Assembly (NCBI RefSeq): GCF_006345805.1
Contig: NC_043022.1
Coordinates: 19,344,001-19,408,000 of the forward strand
DNA: 64,000 nt
Direction of reading: 5' to 3'
DNA from: Octopus sinensis
Taxonomy: Eukaryota
Part shown: positions 12,522 through 23,254 of the stretch, piece after piece
Position numbering within the stretch: the first letter of the stretch is position 1
Layout of the letters: each line of letters opens with the position of its first letter
Made by a program: the position numbers and the translations under genes
The notes under the pieces: generated by a model
What the model was told of the DNA's origin: nothing
The model's database searches: none
What the model saw: only the letters and a program-made list of their open reading frames with translations

Positions 12522-12652
12522 AATTTATTATATAGAAGGAGCTTCTACAGGACTAGAACTGTTTCATTCAAAAGAAATCTTCAGGAAGCCTGAAGATTTC
12601 TTTTGAATGAAACAGTTCTAGTCCTGTAGAAGCTCCTTCTATATAATAAATT
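12522..12652. repeat. Perfect 64-bp-arm palindrome (3-nt spacer) with a ~45-bp unique tail, inserted in (TA)n
   Basis: 12522-12585 is the exact reverse complement of 12589-12652; the block is absent from the duplicated arm at ~21.3 kb. Confidence 0.9.
12541..12589 (-). ncRNA. Candidate type I hammerhead ribozyme
   Basis: GCUUC-CUGAAGA-uUUCuuuuGAAu-GAAA-CAG(uucuaguc)CUG-UA|GAAGC: stem I 5 bp, stem III 4 bp, GUA site; stem II closes with a U.U mismatch. Confidence 0.55.
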
Positions 12653-12662
12653 ATTATATATA

Positions 12663-12706
<44 letters not shown>

Positions 12707-12833
12707 TATATGTATATATATATATATGTATATTGTTATATTTCGGAATGGTCACAACAAATATTTAAACGAACTATACATATGTATATATAAATATATA
12801 TGTACATATATATATATATATATTTACACACAC

Positions 12834-12884
<51 letters not shown>

Positions 12885-13085
12885 TATATATATATTATAC
12901 TAAGCAATAAAGGGTTTAGCAACGAATTGCCTCACCACATACCGAATTTAGAAATAGCAGTCAAAGAGTTATAGCTATTTCTTCTACTAAAAAGGGAGAT
13001 CTCAGTAAAAACAGCAATTGGAAGGTAGACACAAACAGGTAAGAGAGGATGAATTGACGGCAATCTATCATACAATTTTAAGTTA

Positions 13086-13185
13086 TCTACGGACGTACGT
13101 TCGAAATCAAGTTTTTAGGAAAGGATAAGAATTAAATATTAAAATAATTCTATCTTACCAAAACTTCTTTTCTCTTCAGCGTAGA
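13086..13185 (-). ncRNA. Hammerhead ribozyme, array unit 1 (GAAA reduced to GAA; likely defective or a sequencing indel)
   Basis: Same sequence as the other units but reads UUUC-GAA-CGUACG-UC. Confidence 0.6.
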
Positions 13186-13677
13186 ATATTATAATCATAA
13201 ATGATTATATATTGAATTTTGAGATACTAGAAGGCACCAACTCAACTCAGTATCAGAGCGAGCTAGAATCCGCAACTAGTATCACCAAATTCATGTGTGA
13301 ATGAAAGGATTGTGTCACCAGCCCCTTCCCACCCGCGTGTAGCCAAAACAAGATGCTGTGGTCATCTACTGAGATAAAATATGGTTATCCGTAATAATGA
13401 AGGGTGAAATTAATTAATTTGGAATAATTATCAATTACACCAAGTAGTCTTCGGCATGTAAAAGCCTCATTCGAGGAGAATTTAAGTAATACTAAGCAAT
13501 AAAGGGTTTAGCAACGAATTGCCTCACCACATACCGAATTTAGAAATAGCAGTCAAAGAGTTATAGCTATTTCTTCTACTAAAAAGGGAGATCTCAGTAA
13601 AAACAGCAATTGGAAGGCAGACACAAACAGGTAAGAGAGGATGAATTGACGGCAATCTATCATACAATTTTAAGTTA

Positions 13678-13778
13678 TCTACGGACGTACGTTTCGAAAT
13701 CAAGTTTTTAGGAAAGGATAAGAATTAAATATTAAAATAATTCTATCTTACCAAAACTTCTTTTCTCTTCAGCGTAGA
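13678..13778 (-). ncRNA. Type I hammerhead ribozyme, array unit 2
   Basis: UCUACG-CUGAAGA-GAAA[long hairpin]UUUC-GAAA-CGUACG-UC|CGUAGA: 6-bp stem I, canonical core, palindromic stem III ACGUACGU, GUC site. Confidence 0.9.
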
Positions 13779-14268
13779 ATACTATAATCATAAATGATTA
13801 TATATTGAATTTTGAGATACTAGAAGGCACCAACTCAACTCAGTATCAGAGCGAGCTAGAATCCGCAACTAGTATCACCAAATTCAATGTGTGAATGAAA
13901 GGATTGTGTCACCAGCCCTCTCCCACCCGCGTGTAGCCAAAACAAGATGCTGTGGTCATCTACTGAGATAAAATATGGTTATCCGTAATAATGAAGGGTG
14001 AAATTAATTATTTGGAATAATTATCAATTACACCAAGTAGTCTTCGGCATGTAAAAGCCTCATTCGAGGAGAATTTAAGTAATACTAAGCAATAAAGGGT
14101 TTAGCACGAATTGCCTCACCACATACCGAATTTAGAATAGCAGTCAAAGAGTTATAGCTATTTCTTCTACTAAAAAGGGAGATCTCAGTAAAAACAGCAA
14201 TTGGAAGGCAGACACAAACAGGTAAGAGAGGATGAATTGACGGCAATCTATCATACAATTTTAAGTTA

Positions 14269-14369
14269 TCTACGGACGTACGTTTCGAAATCAAGTTTTT
14301 AGGAAAGGATAAGAATTAAATATTAAAATAATTCTATCTTACCAAAACTTCTTTTCTCTTCAGCGTAGA
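14269..14369 (-). ncRNA. Type I hammerhead ribozyme, array unit 3
   Basis: Same motif as unit 2. Confidence 0.9.
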
Positions 14370-14856
14370 ATACTATAATCATAAATGATTATATATTGAA
14401 TTTTGAGATACTAGAAGGCACCAACTCAACTCAGTATCAGAGCGAGCTAGAATCCGCAACTAGTATCACCAAATTCAATGTGTGAATGAAGGATTGTGTC
14501 ACCAGCCCCTTCCCACCCGCGTGTAGCCAAAACAAGATGCTGTGGTCATCTACTGAGATAAAATATGGTTATCCGTAATAATGAAGGTGAAATTAATTAA
14601 TTTGGAATAATATCAATTACACCAAGTAGTCTTCGGCATGTAAAAGCCTCATTCGAGGAGAATTTAAGTAATACTAAGCAATAAAGGGTTTAGCAACGAA
14701 TTGCCTCACCACATACCGAATTTAGAAATAGCAGTCAAAGAGTTATAGCTATTTCTTCTACTAAAAAGGGATCTCAGTAAAAACAGCAATTGGAAGGCAG
14801 ACACAACAGGTAAGAGAGGATGAATTGACGGCAATCTATCATACAATTTTAAGTTA

Positions 14857-14957
14857 TCTACGGACGTACGTTTCGAAATCAAGTTTTTAGGAAAGGATAA
14901 GAATTAAATATTAAAATAATTCTATCTTACCAAAACTTCTTTTCTCTTCAGCGTAGA
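14857..14957 (-). ncRNA. Type I hammerhead ribozyme, array unit 4
   Basis: Same motif as unit 2. Confidence 0.9.
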
Positions 14958-15450
14958 ATACTATAATCATAAATGATTATATATTGAATTTTGAGATACT
15001 AGAAGGCACCAACTCAACTCAGTATCAGAGCGAGCTAGAATCCGCAACTAGTATCACCAAATTCAATGTGTGAATGAAAGGATTGTGTCACCAGCCCCTT
15101 CCCACCCGCGTGTAGCGAAAACAAGATGCTGTGGTCATCTACTGAGATAAAATATGGTTATCCGTAATAATGAAGGGTGAAATTAATTAATTTGGAATAA
15201 TTATCAATTACACCAAGTAGTCTTCGGCATGTAAAAGCCTCATTCGAGGAGAATTTAAGTAATACTAAGCAATAAAGGGTTTAGCAACGAATTGCCTCAC
15301 CACATACCGAATTTAGAAATAGCAGTCAAAGAGTTATAGCTATTTCTTCTACTAAAAAGGGAGATCTCAGTAAAAACAGCAATTGGAAGGCAGACACAAA
15401 CAGGTAAGAGAGGATGAATTGACGGCAATCTATCATACAATTTTAAGTTA

Positions 15451-15550
15451 TCTACGGACGTACGTTTCGAAATCAAGTTTTTAGGAAAGGATAAGAACTA
15501 AATATTAAATAATTCTATCTTACCAAAACTTTTTTTCTCTTCAGCGTAGA
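15451..15550 (-). ncRNA. Type I hammerhead ribozyme, array unit 5
   Basis: Core and stems I and III match unit 2; minor changes within the stem II extension. Confidence 0.88.
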
Positions 15551-16185
15551 ATACTATAATCATAAATGATTATATATTGAATTTTGAGATACTAGAAGGC
15601 ACCAACTCAACTCAGTATCAGAGCGAGCTAGAATCCGCAACTAGTATCACCAAATTCAATGTGTGAATGAAAGGATTGTGTCACCAGCCCCTTTCCACCA
15701 TATATATATGTACGTATTTATATGTACATATATATATATACATATGTACGTATGTAAATATATATATTTACATATATATATATACACAGTAAGAAAAAAA
15801 TGGAGGGGATACTGATGTAGTATGTATCAACTGTTAGTCATTATATTATGTCTATTTATTTATTTTAAACAATTATGAGAATATATATACATGTGTGTTT
15901 TACATATATAAAGTACTAGTAATTTCTTCAATAGTGAAACAAGAACAGCTGCTTCTGCCAAGATGTCACAGTACTCCACGTGTTATTTCCATCTCAATGT
16001 AATGTAGTGATCGGTAGATAAAATTAGGGTACTTGGGTGTGTCTCTAGGCGTCGTCAGAGTGTTTAGGAGAGGATTTAAAAAGTTCAGAGGGCGAATTTA
16101 TGTATATATAAATATACATATACACACTCCCATATACATATATATATATATCTATACAATAATATGTTACATTACTCGGTAGTCA

Positions 16186-16248
16186 AGATAAAACTCTGAG
16201 TTTCAGATGCCGAAGTGGAAATCCACAACACCATCTCTTCGGTTATCT
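16186..16248 (-). ncRNA. Variant type I hammerhead in the 3' pLTR
   Basis: AGAUAA-CCGAAGA-GAUG[22 nt]CAUC-u-GAAA-CUC(a)GAG-UU|UUAUCU: U4C core variant, an extra U before G12, palindromic stem III. Confidence 0.6.
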
Positions 16249-16440
16249 GGCTATTTGAAAACGCTATGAAAAAATACCGTTAAATAAAGGGAAATTACTG
16301 TGTTATAACTCTGCTTGCCTGCGTACTTATACATCGCTCGCATTTTTCGTCATAAAAATTATATAAAAATACATAAAAAATATATAAAAATATATAAAAA
16401 TATATAAATTCTTCTTGGGACATAACATAGAAAGCATGTT

Positions 16441-18558
16441 CTATCTGTTTTCTTTAGGGGACCAAAAACGTAACAGAAATTTAGTCACGTGTGGGCATGA
16501 TCCGAAAAGCTCTGTCCTCGTATTTAGACATGTAGTAGGGTCTAAGCTGCTTTTCCAGATAAGCCATCTCTCCATGTCGCATAGACCGCACCTTCCGCTG
16601 CCGTTGGTATAGGGCTTACATCTGGCCAAAATCTTCCATTTTATGTTATAATCGACACCTTTATCTCTTAAAGATCAAATATGATTAGATAATTGTGTCG
16701 CTTTTCTTTTGTTCCAGTGCCTAAAGCTCAAAGTGTGGTTATTGAACCTGGCCTTGAAATTACCCTCTGTAAGGCCCACGTATTTCTTCGTCGAAACAGT
16801 GTCTTTAGTGGTTATAGAGTTTACGGTAGCTTCATATATGATGGTCTTGGACATGCAAGCTCCATTTAGCGGGCACAATTCTTTATTCCTGCATGAACAG
16901 CTGTTTTCTTGTTGTTTTTTTTGTATGTTATGTTTGATTATGTTTTTAAAATTGGTAGTTGAACTAAAACTAATTTTTAAATTGTGTCTATTGAAGAGTT
17001 TCCTATAAGTATGGTTAACTGGAAAATGTCTATCTATCAGTGCTAGGAAATATTTACCTATATTGAAGGCCACCTCGGGTGAGTAAATCAGATGACCTTC
17101 CTATTTCTATTATTCCTTTTCCTTACTGTTGGGCTAGTGATAGGTGTATATTTTATTTTTTCGCTAAAACCACTATCTTTTAAAGCCTTATTATAAACTG
17201 GGGCAACGCTATTGAAGATGTCCTCATTAGAGGAGAGGCTAGAAATCCTCTTACTAATATTTTTAACTAAATTTTTGAATACTATAGGGGGATGGCATGA
17301 ACCTACATTAATATAACTTAGTCTATCATTGGGCTTCCTATAAGGCTTATAGATATTCTTATTAAGATCTAAGGAAACGTCTAAGAAATTGACAACCGTC
17401 AGGTTAGTATCTATAGTTATACTAAGTCCGAAGTATTTCATTAACTGGATAATATCCTTCCTAAAACGATCTTGTGCTGGTCCATTTGTATTAGCTGTTA
17501 AGGCGAGGGTATCATCTTTGTAGATGGCGAAATGTACGTTAGGGAATGTCTTACCTAAGGTATCTAGGAGAAAAAGTCCAATTAGGTCACAGATGCCTGC
17601 CCCATCATATGAACCCATGCTCACATCGAAAGTGCCCTCTGTGTCGGTGTTTTTTACCCACTTTGCGTTCTCACTGAAAAGTAATGTATTTCTAGCATGG
17701 AAGATTATGTCCTTATCATTGGTACTAATTTCTATGAAATCGCTAGCGAAGATGAGGGCTTTATCTAGCAGTTCTTTAGAGATAGAGGCATAAAAATCAA
17801 CAATATCGAATTGTGTAAACCTCGCTTTTTTCTTATTCTTAATAGCTTTAAACCAGTCGACGACTTCTATACTATTGGACCATTGTACTAGCCTAGTATC
17901 GGTCTTAATTTTCGTATTTATTTTATCTAAAATTTCTTTACTAATAATCCCAAGTTCTGACTTGGCTGGGTTGATAAGCCTACATTTAGGGTTGGAAAGG
18001 AAGTTTTCTTTGTGATCTTTAATAGTAATAAAGGCCTCTTTTTGGGGGAGGGCTTCTATTTTTTTTATCTAATTTAAGTTTAGCGGCGATGACGCTAGCT
18101 TCTTTATTAATTTCGTTATATGTCTGTGCCCTAGCCTTAGTATAATTATTAATGATGCTGTTGTGTAAGAGTTGTGTGTATTTGCTGTTATCTACCAGGT
18201 ATAAGTTCTTGGTTTTATCCGAAAAAAGTGCATTTTTCTTGGAGCTTTTTATATGTTTAATATCTTTTTTCAATTTATGTTGGAAATCGTTAAAAGACTT
18301 ACGAAATTTTATTTTGCTCATAATTTTCAGCAGGTCCGCTTCGAAATCTTCCAAGCCTTAAATCCTGGGAGGGAATTTTTTGGATTTTATTCGATAGAAA
18401 ATGTTTTCCTTGGTGTCCGCTTCTGTATCAAAAAAGAAAGCCTTCCATCTCATACACTTAATTACATCAGTAATTTTCTGTAGAAGTTTCTTAGAGTAAA
18501 ATTCCTTTGATGGGATCGGTATATTTTTCATAGAATAATCTATGTGATATGCATCCAT
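16441..18558 (-). pseudogene. Penelope-like RT-GIY-YIG polyprotein ORF, disrupted by a few stops and frameshifts
   Basis: DYSMKNIP..MRWKAFFF; KDHKENF..CRLINPAKSELG; QFDIVDFYASI; MGSYDGA; YKDD; VNFLDV; HPP; linker CSCRNKELC (CxCx5C); IIYEA..YVGLTE; KWKIL; CGLC. Stops at ~18358, 17088 and 16675, and a frameshift at ~18030-18060. Confidence 0.92.
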
Positions 18559-19627
18559 ATTAAATTCTTCTGTGTGTGAGAGTCCTCAACCGATGTTAGG
18601 CGATAATCCAAAAAGGCCGTATTAGCTCTTAGTTGAGAATAACGTCGTCCGGGAGGTGATTTATTGATAAAACGGTAAGATAACAAAAGAAAGAAAGAGA
18701 CCTCAATATTATGTAAATAGAGGAAATTTATCTATACAATAATATGTTACATTACTCGGTAGTCAAGATAAAACTTCAGATGCCGAAGTGGAAATCCACA
18801 ACACCATCTCTTCGGTTATCTGGCTATTTGAAAACGCTATGAAAAAATACCGTTAAATAAAGGGAAATTACTGTGTTATAACTCTGCTTGCCTGCGTACT
18901 TATACATCGCTCGCATTTTTCGTCATAAAAATTATATAAAAATACATAAAAAATATATAAAAATATATAAAAATATATAAAATCTTCTTGGGACATAACA
19001 TAGAAAGCATGTTCTATCTGTTTTCTTTAGGGGACCAAAAACGTAACAGAAATTTAGTCACATGTGGGCATGATCCGAAAAGCTCTGTCCTTGTATTTAG
19101 ACATGTAGTAGGGTCTAAGCTGCTTTTCCAGATAAGCCATCTCTCCATGTCGCATAGACCGCACCTTCCGCTGCCGTTGGTATAGGGCTTACATCTGGCC
19201 AAAATCTTCCATTGTATGTTATAATCGACACCTTTATCTCTTAAAGACCAAATATGATTAGATAATTGTGTCGCTTTTCTTTTGTTCCAGTGCCTAAAGC
19301 TCAAAGTGTGGTTATTGAACCTGGCCTTGAAATTACCCTACTACATGTCTAAATACAAGGACAGAGCTTTTAGGATCATGCCCACATGTGACTAAATTTC
19401 TGTTACATTTTTGGTTCCCTAAAGAAAACAGATAGAACATGCTTTCTATGTTATGTCCCAAGAAGAATTTATATATTTTTATATATTTTTATATATTTTT
19501 TATGTATTTTTATGTAATTTTTATGACGAAAAATGCGAGCGATGTATAAGTACGCAGGCAAGCAGAGTTATAACACAGTAATTTCCCTTTATTTAACGGT
19601 ATTTTTTCATAACGTTTTCAAATAGCC

Positions 19628-19690
19628 AGATAACCGAAGAGATGGTGTTGTGGATTTCCACTTCGGCATCTGAAACTCAGAGTTTTATCT
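19628..19690 (+). ncRNA. Same variant hammerhead in the inverted pLTR
   Basis: Identical motif on the plus strand; the third copy at 18766-18821 has a 7-nt deletion removing stem III. Confidence 0.6.
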
Positions 19691-19789
19691 TGACTACCGA
19701 GTAATGTAACATATTATTGTATAGATAAATTTCCTCTATTTACATAATATTGAGGTCTCTTTCTTTCTTTTGTTATCTTACCGTTTTAT

Positions 19790-19841
<52 letters not shown>

Positions 19842-20334
19842 ATTATTATCTTTATAATTCACTTCCATCTTTACCTTTTAATTGTCACTTTAATTTTAAC
19901 TTCCTATGATATACAATTTTCAAGATGGTATAATTTGGTTGTTCATTTTGAACCGATAAAAAGGTTTTTCAAATATTTTATGTATAAGTCTGTGTGTGTG
20001 TATATATATGTGTTGGTATAAATATCAACACACAAAAATATTTTTCTTCACTTCCTCCCTTATTTTTATTTTTATTTTTTATTTTTTCATTTTTTATTTT
20101 TTATATTTTTATTTTTATTTATTTATTTTTAATTTTTATATTTCTATATTTTTTAATTTTTTTATTTTTATTTTTTATTTTTTATTTTTTATTTTTATTA
20201 TTATTATTTTTATTTTCCCTTTTCTCTTTTTGTCTCTCTCCCCTTCTCCAAACACACAGACACACACACACACACACATACACACACACACACAACACAC
20301 ACGCACGCACACAAAAACACATACGGACACACAG

Positions 20335-20434
20335 NNNNNNNNNNNNNNNNNNNNNNNNNNNNNNNNNNNNNNNNNNNNNNNNNNNNNNNNNNNNNNNNNN
20401 NNNNNNNNNNNNNNNNNNNNNNNNNNNNNNNNNN
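20335..20434. other. Scaffold gap (100 N)
   Basis: Run of N. Confidence 1.
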
Positions 20435-20439
20435 TATAT

Positions 20440-20753
20440 ATATATATATATAATAAATATTAGGGATAAATCCAAATTTACAGGGAAAAGAAATCAGATT
20501 TAGGATTAAATCCATTTTATAGTAAAATATTATATAATATTAATAGAGACAAAACCACTATTTTGCAAAACAAACAAGGAAAGACTTAATCAATACATAA
20601 AATTTTAATAAAAAGTAAAAATAAGAAAAAGTAAAAATAAAAAGTAAAAAATAAAAAATAAAAAGTAAAAAATTTTTTTACTTTTTATTAAAATTTTATG
20701 TATTGATTAAGTCTTTCCTTGTTTGTTTTGCAAAATAGTGGTTTTGTCTCTAA

Positions 20754-20801
<48 letters not shown>

Positions 20802-20990
20802 TTAGAGACAAAACCACTTATTTTATTTTATTATATTAAAATTTTTTATGTATTGGATTAAGTCTTTCTTTGTTTGATTTGCACAATAGTGGTTTTGTCT
20901 CTAATTAATATGATATAATATTTTACTATAAAATTGGATTCAATCCTAAATCTGATTTTCCCTGTAAATTTGAATTTATTCCCTAATATT

Positions 20991-21000
<10 letters not shown>
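20440..21000. repeat. Compound palindromic (TA)n-associated element (tail-arm-arm'-(TA)n-arm-arm'-tail)
   Basis: The arm agagacaaaaccactattttgcaaaacaaacaag..ttaatcaatacataaaa occurs four times in alternating orientation; same family as 58895-59118. Confidence 0.8.
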
Positions 21001-21028
<28 letters not shown>

Positions 21029-21101
21029 TATATGGGAGTGTATATGCAATTTATATATACATACGTACATATGTATATATATATGTACATTATATACGTA
21101 C

Positions 21102-21156
<55 letters not shown>

Positions 21157-21279
21157 CGTGTGTGTGTGTGTGTGTGTGGGGTGTGTGTATATATATATAT
21201 GTACATGTATATTTATATATACATATATATAGTTCGTTTAAATATTTGTTGTGCAAAATGACCATTCCGAAATATAGCA

Positions 21280-21337
<58 letters not shown>

Positions 21338-22099
21338 TATATAGTAAGCAATGTCTCCTGTACCTCCACCACCATTTCCATAACTATCCTGGTGACTACA
21401 ATGGGTAATTGCCGTATCTAAGCGTGGGCGAAACAAAATCTCCAGCAAAACAATACCCATGAGAACAATACCCAGCATTTGCTATACGATCTTCTCTCAA
21501 CACCTCCTTCTCTGTTCGATCTTCTCTTACTACCACTCTTCCTCGTTCCTAACAAACACATATAAGTCGATATGCGAAGAGAGGTAACACATTCTGACAC
21601 AACGTTTAGAGATAGTCATTGCTGTATCTGAGCCAAAGTTCTGAGCCAAAGTTCCGCCCTGAAGAGAACCAACGTTTCCACTCAACAAATCACTTGTCTC
21701 GCATTAAGGTAACTTATTTATTCCTTTATTTCTCCCCATATCTCTTTTGCTTTTAGATCACATTTGATATGTTTTAATTTCTGAAAGAAAGTAAAGAAGC
21801 ATCAGGACCCGAAAGATGCTGATAGGCTCAGCACAAAGGAAGTAGATGTTAGATAGGCCCGTTTCTTTAAGAGTCAGACTCGACAGAGAAAAGGTGATTG
21901 AAAAGTAACTTTATCTCCGGGTGTGTATGCAGATTATTGATGGTGAGGTAATTTCAATTTAAGAAGTTATTCATTGCATGGTATTTCGAAAGAAATTACC
22001 TGATTTTACAGCATATAGCTTTACTAGTCACAGAAATTGCAAGAATGGTATGACAGCTGTAATATGGGTAAGATGAGCAAATTGGTTTAATTCTCTCCC

Positions 22100-22141
<42 letters not shown>

Positions 22142-22275
22142 TACCTATCTATCTATCTCTTCAAAGTAGTGACCATCAGGTGAGATACATAACAACTGGT
22201 TCAGGAGCATTCAACGATGCAAATGTGTCTCTTCGGCTGATAAATAGATATGTGCACAAACACACACACACAACA

Positions 22276-22329
<54 letters not shown>

Positions 22330-23165
22330 ACACACACGCACTCGCACACATGCCTCAGAAACCATCAATCAAGTATTTTCCTAGTTTCGGACTATTCCTG
22401 AAGATAATCAATATCAATATATGTAATCACCATAGACCATGAACCCCAAAATACGTTCAACTTTGCGAGAGTGAAGGACAACAAAAAATAACGATAAGCA
22501 AATTATAAGCATATATATACATCTATCATCAACTGCCTAAATAACATCACTATGGTTTCGATACCAGGACAGTATCAAGCTATCGGAAGTTGTCAACATC
22601 GTTAAAAACATTAAACACAGCCTGTGAATCAAACACCAGCATCGAATATAAACGAAATCGTTTTAACATATAGCTACAAAGGTAGAAATTAAAAATCGGT
22701 ATCTATAAAAAAAGCCCCAAAAAACTTCCAAATAAGGGTATTGCTATCTTGAAGACTGTAGGGTAAAATAGAACCAGTGAACAAACCTTATTGAACAAAA
22801 TTTCAATAACATAGAAAATAACAACTCCAGGAATAACAAACCTATTACTTCAAACTTAGTAACAAATAGAGACTGATAAATATGCTGTTCATTGTTCTGT
22901 AATATATTGGTTTCGGGGGTGGGTGATAGTCAGTTACATCGACCCCAGTGCTAAACTGGTACTTACTTTTTCGACCCAGAAAGGATGAAAGACAAAAGTA
23001 ATTGAGCGGAACTTTCTTCTTCTTCTTCTTCTTCTTCTTCTTCTTCTTCTTCTTCTTCTTCTTCTTCTTCTTCTTCTTCTTCTTCTTCTTCTTCTTCTTC
23101 TTCTTCTTCTTCTTCTTCTTCTTCTTCTTCTTCTTCTTCTCCTTCTTCTTCTTCTTATTATTCGT
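20990..23165 (-). repeat. Right arm of the inverted duplication (partner 10545-12890)
   Basis: Reverse-complement match, ending in (TTC)n. Confidence 0.9.
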
Positions 23166-23254
23166 AGCCCTTCTTCAAATTTCGTAGCCTACCTCAACAC
23201 GTGTGTGCTCGGTCAGAACAGCCGATAAGTGAATGGGAATTATTCACATTATAA

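Larger units (their letters stand above)
10545..12890 (+). repeat. Left arm of a ~2.2-kb inverted segmental duplication (partner 20990-23165)
   Basis: Colinear reverse-complement match including the (AAG)n/(TTC)n, (GATA)n and (TG)n tracts and the unique blocks between them; substitutions and indels are visible. Confidence 0.9.
12899..15699 (-). mobile_element. Head-to-tail array of ~4.7 copies of a ~592-bp non-coding unit (retrozyme-like / Penelope pLTR-derived multimer)
   Basis: Unit starts at 12899, 13491, 14084, 14673 and 15264; units differ mostly by single-base indels; flanked by (TA)n; each unit holds a hammerhead; no recognisable protein. Confidence 0.85.
16149..19791 (-). mobile_element. 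Near-complete Penelope-like retroelement (RT + C-terminal GIY-YIG; probably Hydra clade) with direct pLTRs (16149-16766, 18729-19339) and an inverted pLTR (19340-19791)
   Basis: The direct repeats are 618 and 611 bp; 19340-19791 is the reverse complement of ~18662-19110; both flanks are (TA)n; the ORF has PLE RT and endonuclease motifs. Confidence 0.93.

Noticed and set aside
13445-13474. Second hammerhead-like motif in the array unit (CGAAUGA-GGC..GCC-GAAG)
   Set aside because: Core positions U4, G5 and A15.1 are violated and stem I is absent; at best a decayed relic.
12899-15699. CRISPR array or protein-coding tandem exons
   Set aside because: Units are ~592 bp with no unique spacers, the context is eukaryotic, and the 69-aa ORF depends on unit-specific indels.
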